A program made the position numbers and the translations under genes. From the NCBI RefSeq assembly GCF_006345805.1, contig NC_042997.1, positions 68,634,001 through 68,698,000 of the forward strand: a stretch of 64,000 nt of DNA. The letters are read 5' to 3'. This DNA is from Octopus sinensis (Eukaryota). How positions within the stretch are numbered: the first letter of the stretch is position 1; every line of letters begins with the position of its first letter. Positions 41,062 to 55,774 of this stretch are shown one piece after another. Under the pieces are notes generated by a model. That model ran no database searches and was not told the DNA's origin. It worked only from the letters and a program-made list of their open reading frames with translations.

Positions 41062-41456
41062 TATAGTTCCTTGTCTATAGATGTCCATATGTACCTACTT
41101 GTAAAATACTGGTTAAGATTTACATATTTTACTGTATGATTGATGGCCTGTCTTCTAAGTAGGTTTCTCTATAACGGTTGTGAGAATTGCAATTTCTCAA
41201 AATTAGTGTTAAGGCAGTTGGTTTCGTATCAAATAGCTTCAGTAATTACTGGTATAAACCTAAAATTGTAGTGCGAGTGGAATATCTATAACTTTCGCAA
41301 CAGCTCAACGTATGTATTTTCTCTTTCGCGTATACTTTAGTTTATACAGATATCTGTTGGGAAACTACTGTATTATGTATGTATGTATGTATGTATGTAT
41401 GTATGTATGTATGTATGTATGTATGTATGTATGTATGTATGTATGTATGTATGCAT

Positions 41457-42490
<1,034 letters not shown>

Positions 42491-42987
42491 GTATGTATGT
42501 ATGTATGTATGTATGTATGTATGTATGTATGTATGTATGTATGTATTTATGTATGTATGTATGTATGTATGCATGTGTACATGTATGTATGTATGTATGT
42601 ATGTAGGTAGGTAGTTAGGTAAGTATGTAGGTAGGTATGTGTGTGAGGGCATGTCTTTACTGATCTAATATATATAGCAATTTATAATGTTCAGTGCACT
42701 TAATAACCTTCTTCGGTTTCTATATGCTATTGAATTTGACACCTGAGACATGCTTAAAAGGAGTCATTGACAAATGTGGAAGTTACCTCTAGATGTATAA
42801 ATTGATGTGCAATATTCAGCTGACTTGCCGACTGCTTACAACTCAATACGGCGCAAGAAAGAACGTGCACAGAACATATATATAAATACATTTATATGTA
42901 CGTACATGTGTGTATATATATATATATATGTATGTATATTATATATATACATATATATATATATCTATATATATATATATATTATAT

Positions 42988-43019
<32 letters not shown>

Positions 43020-43226
43020 ATTGTGTGTGTGTGTGTGTGTGAATGTATGAAAATAGACGTGTATATATAATATTTCACACATATGTGTATGTGTCTATAC
43101 AGAAATGTTTGTATTAATGCAAATGTATACCTATCTCGCCCACTCCCTCAATCAATTTATATATATATATGCATGTGTGTGTGTGTGTGTGTGTCACTTT
43201 CTTTCTTTCTCCATGTCTCTCTCTCT

Positions 43227-43268
<42 letters not shown>

Positions 43269-44755
43269 TATATATATACACGCACAAGACACGCAGACAC
43301 ATATATACATTAAGTATTTAAGTATTTATCGTTCCAATATTTGTCGATATCTGTCGCACATCGACATTTTTTCTAGACACTATCGTTATGCTGTGCGAAT
43401 CTGTTATATCATTACCTTTGGCCAAATAGATTACCTTCAATTTTTTCTATTCAATAACATTTCTTGCCACTATCGTAAAGAAACAAACATATACCTGCAA
43501 ATTGCTCGAGTATCTAAAATCTTAATCACCCTCAACTCGTACATAGCCTCCAACAAGAATAGAAATATGTCACATACTAATATGCGAAATGTAATAATTT
43601 GAACTTTGTTTCCTACAATCTTGCGCTGTGTCATAAGTCAGCTTATTCAGCACCCAACTGAAGCTAAACAGTGAGAAGAATGTAAAATATAATCTTCCGA
43701 TTAGGGAATGGGCAATTATGATATCTCTCGATCTGCGAGAAACATCAGCCCAACAATTTTCATCACACTATATGCTATCGTATTTAAAGGGGACTGGCAC
43801 ATTAGATACTGTAGGCTTAGATGGGCAGCATTCAAATGCAGAAAGGGATTACGTTGTATCAAAGGTGTAGCCGGTCACGGTCGACTTATGACTGAACAAT
43901 AACAAAAGCATCAATGATATCGCTTGTGCTGAGTAAAAAGAAATTCAATGAATTTGTGGATCTGTAGTGAAGTAGAGTTTCGTGTTGTATTTGTTAGGCA
44001 ACCTTTTTTATATTTTTGGAGTAATTTCTAGGCGTTGCGCTTCATAATTATCATCAATAATGTAAGAAGAATGTCAAGTCATAGAATTCTATGTGTTGTC
44101 TCACTTCTGACAATGCTAGCATTGACTATGTTGCATTATGTCGTGAAGAGTTTAGACGCTTAAGTCTAGTAAATATCAGAAACGCTAAACTGACGACCAA
44201 AATGCTTTGCAATAATAAATTATAGCCTTTACCTTTTTAGTCCAAGTCTACTTATCATTGCTTTTCACCTTTCTATGATCGATAAAATTAAGTAACGCTC
44301 AAATACTGATGTCGAATTTTATTCTAAAAGAGCATCTTAGAATTTTATGTCATCATAATCCAGTTAGAAGAATATCTTTGCTCGTAGATGTTGCACTGGG
44401 GTTTGTACTACTGTTTGTTCTATTTAGCTTGATTGAGCTGAGAGATGTCAAGAAACATATAGGCTGGACCATCTAGTAGTGGTTTTAGAGAGATTTCAGC
44501 TCAGATAATTTTATCAAATATATTCGTCATTTTAAAGAAGCTAATATATCTGATTTGAGGGAGTTTGCTATAAAGTTTAATGTTGAAATTCATTCAGATT
44601 CTAAAGGATGATAAGTAATATTAACTTCGGTGAATTTTGAATGCAGAATGTAAAGATCCAGATGAAATACTGGTAAGCATTTTGTCCGATGCGTTAACAA
44701 TTCTGCTAGCTCACCTCCTTTTCGATAATATCCAATAATAATAATAATAATAATA

Positions 44756-44792
<37 letters not shown>

Positions 44793-44836
44793 CGATGATG
44801 ATAATAATAATAATTATTATAATAGTAATAATAATA

Positions 44837-44896
<60 letters not shown>

Positions 44897-45366
44897 GTAT
44901 AAAAGAAGGGCTACAGCAAATATTCTGCTCAATACCACAGATTTGCTTGTCAGTTGTTTGACCTTAACCAGTTGAGCATGTCCCTTAGTGGCTGACGATA
45001 TGTGCATCTCTGATCACGAGCAGAAGTAGTGGGGGAGCATCATAGCCATGTGTTGAGAGAGATTCTTTGGGGTTTGAATAGTTCACCTCTGGAAACATGG
45101 GTGGTTCTTTCAACATCCTTAAACAACCCTTATTCAGGGACCGTTTGAGCGGGATGGGCTACTCAACCTGAAGAAAATTCTAACTGGGCCCCACCTGCAA
45201 GGTCATGTGCTGTTTATCTTGATATGAGATCACCATGTCGCGCACATATGGTTGTGATGCATGTGCCTGGTGTACCTTTATCAGACGGGTAGTCATGATG
45301 GGTATATTGGGCTTCTTATATTTTACCCCAGTGTCACTTTGATGGCATGAGCTGCTTTCTCACTCA
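44897..45366 (+). mobile_element. Dispersed non-coding repeat (SINE-like), copy 1, embedded in (TAA)n
   Basis: High similarity to 48600-49130 ('ggctacagcaaatattctgctcaata..cctgaagaaaattctaact..cagtgtcactttgatg'); ends in an AAT run. Confidence 0.85.
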
Positions 45367-45417
45367 ATAATAATAATAATATAATAATAATAATAATTAT
45401 TATTATTATTATTATAA

Positions 45418-47030
45418 CCCTGATCCCACTTTCTGCAGTCCTACGCAAAGCCAACGCACTATGAGCTGAGAAGGAAAGGACTTCCTATCAAACACTTTCT
45501 CTTCATCGATGATTAAAACTGTTCGCAAAAAGAGAGCCTGAAATAGAGTGGCTGGTTGAGACTGTGCAAATGTGCAGCAAGGATATAGGGTTGGAATTCG
45601 GTATGTAGAAGTGTGCAGTGCTTACTTTGTAGCGGGGCAAAAGAGTAAATTGTTGGGGCATAGAATTGCCAAACGGAGAGAGAATGGAAGACCTGGATGA
45701 TGGTGGGTGCAAGTACCATGGGGTCCTGGAGCTGGACAATATTTTGCAAAAAAGAATTGAAAGACAAAGTTATCATTGCATATTTCAAGCGCCTTAAATT
45801 TCTCTTGAAATCAAAACTCAACTCAAGAAACCTTGTGACTGCCATCAACATATGGGCGGTTGCTGTTGTCTACACTAGTACACCCATCCTGAAATGGACA
45901 CAAGCGGAGATTAACCAACACGATAGCGCTACCCGAAAGACAATGACAATGCATGGTGCCCTGCACCACAAGGCGAATGTACACAGGTTCTACATGAAGA
46001 GGGGTAAAGGTGGACGTGGGCTGATTATCGTACATGAGTGCATCAACAGTGAAAGAATAAACATATTAAACAGCAAACAAGACCAGTTACAATATGCTAT
46101 TAATACAGAAGGATGTAACAAAAATGGGCTTGAGGGTGCCAACGAGAGAGAAGAAACCCTACTCCGCATGGAATTAGATGATCATTTCCACTGTGAAACC
46201 AACAAATTAAATGACCAGGAAGCATCATGGAGGTGGCTTAACAAGGGTGACCTAAAAGAGAATATTGAAAGCCCAATCATCGCTGCTCAGGCCGAGGCAC
46301 TGAATACCAACTCAGTGAAAAAGAATATATACCACACTTTTGCAACGGACTTCTGCAGGATGTATCCGAAGAGGTCGAAAGCGTGATTCACATTGTTAGT
46401 GCTTGTGAAGGTATTTCACAGAAAGAGTACACACGTAGACACAACAAGGTAGCCCAGAACCTCCACTGACTTCTATGCCGTAAGTATGGATATGAGAATA
46501 CAGGTGCTTGTTACTAACATACACGGGAAAAGATAATGGAGAAAAAAAGGAAGGCAAAAATCCTCTGAGACTTTGACTTCCAGACATACAAGGTATTAGA
46601 GCACTGAAGGCCGGATATTTTACCCTTTAAGAGGGACAAACAAGAGCCTCATAATTGACGTCGCAGTGCCAGGAGATCAGCATATCATCATGAAAGAAAG
46701 AGAAAGGTTGATAAATATGGAGACCTGAAAAGTGAGATTGCTAAGATGTGGCTGATACAAGAGTCAAATATAAAGTTTATCCCTATTGTCATCGGAGCAT
46801 TGGGTTCAATACCACCCAATCTGAAACAAAATCTAAAAAATTCAGAAACACTCAACAATCTAGGTGTATTTCAAAAGTCGGCATTACTTGGAACTGCACA
46901 CATATTGCGTAAAGTACTGTCTATATGAGGCCCTTCTTGTGACTTGACAAACAGTGCAAACCCTCAGTAGACACAATAGTTTCAATCAATAAGCTCACAA
47001 TATTGTATACTGTGCAACGTCTATCATAAT
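45418..47030 (+). mobile_element. Degenerate 5'-truncated R4/Dong-like LINE (RT end, CCHC, RLE)
   Basis: 'HFLFIDD*KLFAK..DIGLEFG', 'FYMKRGKGGRGL', 'GDLKENIESPIIAAQAEALNTN', 'IPIVIGALG..FQKSALLGTAHILRKVLSI*'; (TAA)n on both flanks. Confidence 0.9.
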
Positions 47031-47076
47031 AATAATGATGATAATAATAATAATAATAAGAAGAAGAAGAAGAAGA

Positions 47077-48524
47077 AACAGGATCGAAGCAATCAATGCA
47101 TTAGCTATACCAGTCGTGACTTACAGTTTCAATATTGTTAACTGGTCAATTACTGAAATATGTCAGCTCGACAGAAAAATAAGGAAACTGTTGACAATGC
47201 ATAGAATGCACCACCCTAAGGCAGATACAGAACGACTCTATCTGCCAAGAAAAGAGGGAGGCCGTGGTCTTTTGCAACTGGCAATAACAATGAAGATTGC
47301 TACAATTGGCCTAGACACCTACCTGAAAAACTCTGAGGACTGGATGCTAAAACTTGTCTCAAAACATGAAAACAAGAAAGCATCATACTCAGTCACAAAA
47401 CAGGCAAAGGAATATCTAAGTGAATTCCGAATACAACCAATTTCGGAATTAGAGATAGATATACAAGAAACAAGCACAGAAAAAGCTAGGCGCATGAAAA
47501 CCCGTGCCAAAACTGCGGCCTTAGATATTCTGAATAATAAATGGCAAGAAAAACCTCTCTATGGCAAATACCCAAAGAGAGCGAATAATGCAGATATCGA
47601 CAAAGCCCTGACCCATCAATGGCTAATGGCCTCTGGCTTAAAATCTGAAACAGAGGGGTTTATCATAGCAGCTCAAGATCAATGCCTACCAACAAGAAAC
47701 TACCAGGCCAACATATTAAAGATCAGAAGCAGTCCAACGTGTCGTGTATGCAAGCAACAAAATGAAACCATTGACCATGTGGTCTCCAAGTGCAGTCTTC
47801 TAGCGCCTACAGAGTATCTCAACAGGCACGATAGAGCTGCACAATATATTCACTGGGTAATCTGTAAAAACCTGGATTTGCCCCATGAAAAAAACTGGTG
47901 GGAACACAAACCACCCCCAGTGCTTGAAAATGACCACATCTCACTCCTCTGGAACTTCACCATTCAAACTGACAGGAAGATAGATGCAAATAGGCCAGAC
48001 ATCATATTGAAAAACTTCAAACAAAGAACATGCCTCCTCATTGATATGACTGTCCCAATCGATATAAACGTATCTGTCAAGACCTACCAAAAACTGAGCA
48101 AATATAAAGATCTTGAAATAGAAATCAGCAAAATGTGGAAGCTGAAGACTAAAACAATACCTGTTGTCATAGGTGCCCTGGGAATGATAGCAAAAGGGGC
48201 TGATAGCTACCTAACTCAGATACCAGGAAACCCAAAAATGGCAGAAGTTCAAAAGATAGTGCTCATGGGAACTGCTCATATCCTACGCAAAATACTCTCT
48301 ATGTAATCTCAAGGTTTAAAACAAACATAATTTTCGGTTTAAAAAAAAAAAAAAAAAAAAAAACTTTTTTTTTTTAGACATTCATTAGTACAACATCCCC
48401 ACCCCCCAAATATATGGCACACTAGGCATAACAACAACATGAACTTCCAACCCTGTTGTCTCTTGAGGTCTCTGGGTGAGACTTGGAGCCAACTTGTACA
48501 AATATAAAGCAAAAGTCAAACATA

Positions 48525-48527
<3 letters not shown>
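47077..48527 (+). mobile_element. Young 5'-truncated R4/Dong-like LINE with an uninterrupted ~410-codon frame (RT thumb, CCHC, RLE)
   Basis: ORF 47035-48306: 'RLYLPRKEGGRGL', 'CRVCKQQNETIDHVVSKC..RHD', 'NRPDII..LIDMTVP..KLSKYKDLEIE..IPVVIGALG..TAHILRKIL'. The first 14 codons come from the TAA/GAA microsatellite; the 3' UTR is followed by (TAA)n at 48527-48598. Confidence 0.95.
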
Positions 48528-48598
<71 letters not shown>

Positions 48599-48599
48599 G

Positions 48600-49130
48600 C
48601 TGCAATACCAGGCACTGGCTCTTATGTCTTCTGATCTTAACTGACTGGAAGTGTTATCATGTATATGATTTGTCTTGGTATAAAAGAGGGGCTACAGCAA
48701 ATATTCTGCTCAATACTACAGATTTGCTTGTCTGTTGTTTCACCTTAACTAGTTGAGCATGTCCCTTAGTGGCTGACGATATGTGCATCTCTAATCATGA
48801 GCAGAAGTAGTGGGGGTGCATGTGTTGAGAAAAATTCGTTGGGATTTGAATAATTCACCTCGGGAAACATTATTGTTTCGTTCAAAAGCCTTAAACAAAT
48901 CTTATTGAGGGATGTTTTTAGCGGGTTGGGGCTACACGACCTGAAGAAAATTCTAACTAGGTCCCACCTGCAAGGTCATGCGCTGTTTATCTTAATATAA
49001 GATCACCAGGTCGCGCACATATGGTTGTGATGCATGTGTCTGGTGTGCCCTTATCAGACGAGTAGTTATGATGTGTATATCGAATTTCGTATATTTTACA
49101 CCAGTGTCACTTTGATGTTTTCTCCCGCAA
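48600..49130 (+). mobile_element. Dispersed non-coding repeat (SINE-like), copy 2
   Basis: Matches 44897-45366 and extends further 5'; preceded by (TAA)n. Confidence 0.85.
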
Positions 49131-49493
49131 TGATAATTATGATAATTATAATAACAATCGGTTATTATTGCCATGAACAAAGGAGGCGAAGTACTATCAG
49201 AATGCAAAGAAAAAAATGAACATCGCTATACCAAGATAATGTAAACTTTTCATTGATTTGTTTTACGTAAGATTCATAAACACGTAACGTCTCAGGATTT
49301 TGGAATCAATACTTAACAGTTTCACCTTTCTTATATAACCTAAAACCTAGAATATTCCTAGATATTGGCTAAATGCCAGGATAGATGCAATTGATCCAAG
49401 CTGTTCCTGTATATAATAAAGCTCAATACTAACTGAATAAACAGATAGAGTAAGTTCCTGGTGAGCACAAAATGTATATTTTTATTTTGTTAA

Positions 49494-49742
49494 GACAGCG
49501 AGCTGGCAGAATTGTTAGCACGCCGATCAAAATGTTCAAACATCATTTGGTTCGTCTTTACGTTCTGAGTTCAAATTCCTCTGCAGTTCAATTTGCCTTT
49601 CATTTTTTTTTCGAAGTCGAATTTGCCTTTCCTCTTTTCACGCTCGATAAAATAAGAACTAGTCGAACACTGGGGTCTATGTAATCGATTTACCTCCTCA
49701 TCCGAAAATTTTGGCTTATTTAGCTAAAATTTGAAACCAATA
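49494..49742 (+). mobile_element. tRNA-derived SINE (third family), diverged; a related fragment lies near 6050-6120
   Basis: 'gcgagctggcagaattgttagcacgccg..cgttctgagttcaaattcc..tttgcctttcat..cgataaaataag..ctggggtc..taatcgatt'; A/B-box-like motifs. Confidence 0.75.
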
Positions 49743-51051
49743 TCTAGTGCTTATAGATAAAACATGTATAAAGGACCACGTCAACGAAGTGACCTCCAGA
49801 AATAGCAGCAAATTTGCATCATGTTCCACCGTACAAAATAGAAGAACGGTGTAACGTATAATGTTGTCTCACAAGAATGACGGTATAATTACATCAGCGA
49901 AGTTTTTTTTATGAGATACCTATTCATCGGCAGTTAAGCCAGGGAGAATCAATGAGAACAATATATATGAATGAGAAATAATTTTTAGTCCCTACTTGAC
50001 GGCAAATGAAACATATTTCAGTAATATTTGATTTAAGACAAATATTAATAACTGGGATCTATAAAGATGTAATGTAATGCACGTTCTCTTTGCTATTCTG
50101 TTTAGAGATAGTAGTTATCTCCAGGTTCAGCATGAGGTGCTAGTAGCTACAGTGAGTCATTCAGAATTAATATAAATAGAAATGAAGACGTTACGCAATC
50201 TATCCAATCTTTCAAAATCATAGGTTGTAGAAAGTAGCAAAATATGACCTCAAAGTTGTTTTCATTGCTAACGTTAATTGTTGATTTATTTGCAAACATG
50301 GTTAATCACATGTAAGCTAAGATGATAGTCATTTTTTATAATACAGGTTTAAACTCCTAATAAACGGTATTATTAAGCTGACCGTTGGGGAGATCGCTGA
50401 AAAAAAACTTCCAGGATCGTAATGATGTATCATTTTCGTGATAAATATCTTTAGACTTTGTATGACCCTTCAGTATTAGGAAATTCAATCGGCTCGTCAT
50501 TGTACTCGTTTTTTCAGTAACATATATTCAAAAGCGTATTAGAGATATGGAACCGATAAACATTCTTCACGTATCTTATCTATCTATACCGCCTAACAAA
50601 GAAAAATAAAACATATACATATTGGAATTCATATACAAATATATACCAACCCATATTTGCTCACACGCATATAAAACACATACACACACAAATTAACGCA
50701 AACTCATATATGTGTGATTCATGAGAACATGAGCCTCTGTGTGTGTGTGCGCTTGTTTATATGTGTGTGTCAGTGTATGATGTTATTCATTTGTTTTATT
50801 TTTTCCAGTCATGGTACCGCGAACATTCTGAATAGTCTAGTAAATCAAATCGGTTGTAATTTACTGTCTAGTTCTTACCCTATAGAGGCTTACGCTGAAC
50901 TAATAAGTTCTGGGTGCGTAAACAAACCAACACCGATTGTAAAGCGGTGCAGGGACAATCACAAATGCAGCACAGATATATGTATGTATGTATGTATGTA
51001 TGTGTGTATATTTGTGTATATATACATATGTACGTATATATATATATATAG

Positions 51052-51149
<98 letters not shown>

Positions 51150-51201
51150 TTATATACATACATATATATATATATATACATACATATATATATATATATA
51201 C

Positions 51202-51243
<42 letters not shown>

Positions 51244-51293
51244 CAGATGTATGTATATATGTATCTCATGTATATATGCCTCTGTATTTAGAA

Positions 51294-51660
51294 GGCGCAG
51301 GTGTGACTGTGTGGTAAGATGCTTGCTTCCCAACCACACGATTCAGGTTTCAGTTCAGCTTCATGATATCTTCGGCAAGTGTGTTCCATTACAGGCTCGG
51401 GTTGACCAAAGATTTGTGGTTGGATTTAGTAGACGGAAACTGAACGAGGCCCGTCGTACAAGGTTATGTAAGTGAGTGTGCTTTAATGCTTGTGTCCCCC
51501 CCACACCGCTTCACAATTGCTGTTGCTGTGTTTACGCCCCCGTAACTTAGCGGTTCTGCGAAACAGACCAACAGAATAAGTTCCAGGTTAAGAAAACTAC
51601 ATACTGGGGTCGATTCTTTCTACAAACAATTTTCAAGGCTTTACATCAGTAAATGAAAGA
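51294..51660 (+). mobile_element. tRNA-derived SINE, diverged copy of the 12541-12950 family
   Basis: 'ggcgcaggtgtgactgtgtggtaagatgcttgcttcccaaccac..ttggtagacggaaactga..cccccgtaacttagcggttc..ctggggtcgatt' (one internal motif slightly diverged). Confidence 0.85.
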
Positions 51661-51669
51661 ACATAATAT

Positions 51670-51736
<67 letters not shown>

Positions 51737-51795
51737 TATTATATATATATATATTATATATATATATATATATATCTATATATATATATATATTA

Positions 51796-51828
<33 letters not shown>

Positions 51829-52499
51829 TGAAATGTATTGGAGTCTGGCTATACTGAATATTATCCAAATCAATATTATTTTATTCATGTTTCTTCTCGT
51901 CGTCACTGTTGTTGTTTCTGTTTCTAGTTCTTGTTCTTGTTCGTCTTTTCTGTTTTTACTACTGCTGCTGCAGCTACTACCACTACTACTCGACTATAAC
52001 GTGAAGATATACTATTGCATGTTCATAGACTCACACACCTATACCTCCATATATATATTAAAAGCATGTCTTATTATACTCCTTGTACATGAGCTATATC
52101 GACTTCCTATCGTATTCCATCTAAGCTTTCAAGGCCAGACACCCAAGTAGTAGAACTGCCGATCAAATTTACCGGAATTTTCTCTTAAAGTTAAAGAATG
52201 CATTAGAAGCATTTAAAAACATCACTACACCAAAGAATTTGTTTGTTCAGGTTTGTGTGTATGTGAGATTTAACATATCTTCATTCATACATATTTAATT
52301 ATTTTGTTGATGACATATGAACAGAAAATTTACTAAGAATAAATCTGTTCATGAAGGCTTATCTCTGAAACCCTCTGAAAGAAATACTATCAGGTATACA
52401 TATGTACAGCTATTCATATCAGTGTATATATATATGAGCGTCTGTGTGTGTCTGCGTGTATGCGTGTGTACGTGTGTGCGTGTGTGCGCATGTGTGCTT

Positions 52500-52646
<147 letters not shown>

Positions 52647-52725
52647 ACACCCAAATGTTATGGTTTTTCAAAAGTAAAAGATGGGAGCATTCAGTACATT
52701 GTATATAATATACGGAGCACATTCA

Positions 52726-52950
52726 TTATTACCTCTGCCTTAACGAAGGCGGAGGTATTGATTTTCAGTCGTGTTTGTTTCCTTGACAGTGGACAAAATA
52801 GAACCGCTGGATGGATTCGGCTGAAATTTTCAGGGATGTTTGTTCTCTAGTATTCTGGATTATTTTTCCTGTTTTTTATTATTAATTTTTGAGAGCAGTC
52901 GAGTTTATTTCAGATATTCTCATTTTAAAAATCTCTGGTTAATCGTTGAG
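52726..52950 (+). mobile_element. Helentron/HINE-like non-autonomous element fragment
   Basis: Begins 'ttattacctctgccttaacgaaggcggaggtattg' with a terminal hairpin CCTCTGCCTT-AACG-AAGGCGGAGG (52732-52755), then 'gtttgtttcc..ggatggattcggctgaaattttcaggg'. Family assignment by resemblance only. Confidence 0.45.
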
Positions 52951-52979
52951 AGGCCGTTGGTTTTCCCTTGGCAGACGTT

Positions 52980-54826
52980 TGTGTCATAGTCGGTTTCAGT
53001 TGTTTTTTGTCATGTTAGACGTAAGTCATAGTGTTGAATATTTTTTTGATTGATTGTTACTATTCAAATTGTTGCTAGTGTTATTTTAAATTGTTGTTTT
53101 TTCACATTGTGGGAAAAATGGAGAAAACGCCAGCAGGTGGCCACAGTTATGCGGCTGCAACTGGAAAACGGACAGAATTGGAAACGCCAGAGGCACGAGA
53201 AATAAAGGTTGAACCTCGAAATATGAAGGAATGCAAGACGTTGCTGGTAAGAGACGGAAATACACTGAAATTAACGCTGCCTGTGTAACTAACAACCAAT
53301 GTAATCAAAAGAACGGTGATATATAAGACATGATGATAGCATCAAAGAAAATAGAAATAGCAACAATAGAGGCTATTGGAAGAATGTTTGAAAACTATAA
53401 AAAGATTAACCACATTTATAACAAGAGGGAGAAAGTACGCTACTGTGGAGGTGCGTTTTGCATCAGAAGAGGAAGCAATTAAGCACTCCAGGGAGGCAAC
53501 AAGATGGAACAATGGGTGCTTTTGCCATCGTACTGTGAAAAACGTGTGGCCAGGTGCGAGATGGCAAAGTGCTCCCAGAGCTGAAAGAAGCATGGCTAAT
53601 GACAGCCATAATGTATGACATGAATGAGGAGGCCAAGAAACTGAAGGCCACAAGAACCCAAAGATTTAACTACTGGGGATATGGAACAGAGTTGACCGCT
53701 CAAGCAACAGTGGAAGACATAAACAGAATTGTCGAAGAGATACTAATGCCCGATGACGTAAGATTAAGAGTGAAGGTGGCAGACAGGCCGCCTATATGAT
53801 ATAAATGTGGGGAAAAGGACCACATAAAGGCGAGGTGCTCTCAAAGGGAACAACAGATAAAGCAGACGGAGAGGCGGGCGAGCACGGACCAGGTGGTACA
53901 GGTCGAGATAAAGGCGAAAGCAACAGAGGAGGGGTTCACGTTTTTCAAAAAAGGAAATGGAGGTGGGAGAATGAGCTCTCCGCCAGAGCAGCAGAAAAAA
54001 GTAGAAAGAAGAGATGGGAAAGGAGGAGACCAGAAAGAAAGAATACGAAATGGCGGTGGATAAAATGAGCGAAAAGGAACTTGAAGTGATCAAGGAGGAG
54101 TTGCATAAGGAAGAGACATTGGTGAAGACAGTGGTTGTTCCAATGGAGGAAGAAAATTTAGAAACGCAAGTGGAGAGACTGTTCAGAGTGTTGGAAGAAA
54201 AGAAGAAGGTTCCAGGAGCGGAGCAGGAAAAGAGGAAACTAATAAGAAAATGAAACTTTCGATGGGATATTGTGACGTACGCAAAAAGCAAAGAAACTGA
54301 AAAGAAAGTATTAAAGTTTAAACATATTATAAGAGTAAAGTTGCCCACGGATGTGTATTCCGAGATTGTGAAGGCCATCGTGGATGGCAAGGACACCTAC
54401 AACAGACTAAAAGACATGTCTGGAGAAGGGATTGACCCGCCAGGAGTGATGGTGGATTTCGATGAATTGCCACCTGTAATGAAGCTAAAAGATTTAGAAC
54501 CTTTTATGAGATATTAAAAAGGAAAAAGTAAGTAAAATTGTGTTGTTGAAGAAAGAAGGAAAAAAGGTAAAATTGTTTTACTTTAAAAAAAGAGGATAAA
54601 ATGAGATTAAAGAAAAAAACAATACGGTAATAGATCGATTGTAAATAGTTTATATAAACGTTCAAATGATACTGCATGGGAGTGGGGACCGTGCAGGCAT
54701 TTCATTTCTCATTTTTATATAACATCTCATTTTCATTCGTTTTATGTTCTTGTCTCCACTGTGGTGTTGTGTCTGTCTTTGTAGTGCCCCCTCTGTGTTG
54801 TAGCCGTGGGGTCAAAATAAAGAAAC
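52980..54826 (+). mobile_element. Decayed ORF1-only L1/Tx1-like element (RRM-like + CCHC knuckle + charged coil), no ORF2
   Basis: ATG 53118 'MEKTPAGGHSYAAATG'; RRM-like 'TFITRGRKYATVEVRFASEEEAIKHS'; 'RPPI*YKCGEKDHIKARC' (CX2CX4HX4C with the first Cys now TGA); E/K-rich coil; stop 54517; AATAAA at 54816. Frameshifted. Confidence 0.7.
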
Positions 54827-55701
54827 ATTGGTGGATGGTTGCGCTCTCTGAGTGCTCTTTTTTGCATTATATTTACACGCTACTCGATTGAAACTACGAT
54901 TGTTGGGATATAAGTGTTTCTTCTTATGTCTTTTCGTGCAATTTGTTTTATAAAATGGAAGGTGAATCCTTGTTTTGTAAATGGGTCTCTTTTTCATTGG
55001 TGTTCGTAAAAGTTGTTGCATAAAATGTTCTTTTTCATCTCTGTCATCGTTTCATTGGTCCATTGTATGAGAGACTGGACCGTTAAAATATCTCAATAGA
55101 CCATACAGAGACGTTTAGAAAATAACAGTAAGGTGTTACTTGTTGCATACGGATATCGATCCCACAGCTGAGCTATGGAGCATATTCAACTTGCATCAAC
55201 GATACTTTTAGAAAATGGTTTGTGAAAGTAGTTGTTTTTAAATAGGAAGTTGATAATTAATTTTCGAACAATTAAAGTTTTGATGCTGCATGTTAATAAT
55301 TACTACGTCATCCATTATATGAATGAATGCCTACATTCTGAAATTTATACATATGCAATCCGTATATAACTTATTTATGCCATACTCAAATGTGCTCTTG
55401 TTGCTTACATACACGTATTGTTAAATGCATAAATGGATATTAGATTTAAATACATACATGTACAGATCTCCATTAATAATATATGGCACATACAACATTA
55501 TATGTATTCTATATTTTGAAGTTGTCTTATCTGTTTCTTCAATTATGTTATATGAATTTCATGTATTATTGTACTACATTGGTGCATCTCCATCCCACCA
55601 AAACGTCTTTTCTCTTTGTCTTTTACTACATCTGACACTTCTTGCTTCATATATCTTAATTGATAGGCTCTCTTGTTGCTTCTAATAAGTGACGTAAAAG
55701 A

Positions 55702-55774
55702 ATGAAGCGAGATTATATGGAACAAATGCTGCTTCTGGCCTTGCTAGTTTTGTTCTGGCAGTATGGTGCCCAAG
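55702..55774 (+). CDS. First coding exon of a secreted or membrane protein (signal peptide)
   Basis: MKRDYMEQMLLLALLVLFWQYGAQ + G, then donor AAG|GTAAGG (phase 1). Charged n-region, hydrophobic core, small-residue end. In-frame ATGs at 55702, 55717 and 55726. Confidence 0.75.

Noticed and set aside
47035-48306. 423-aa ORF as a host gene
   Set aside because: It is the C-terminal part of an R4/Dong-like LINE ORF; the start codon and first 14 residues come from the flanking microsatellite.
48340-48375. A run of ~23 followed by a T run of ~12 inside the LINE 3' UTR
   Set aside because: Homopolymer expansion with no TSD or cargo; not evidence of a separate insertion.
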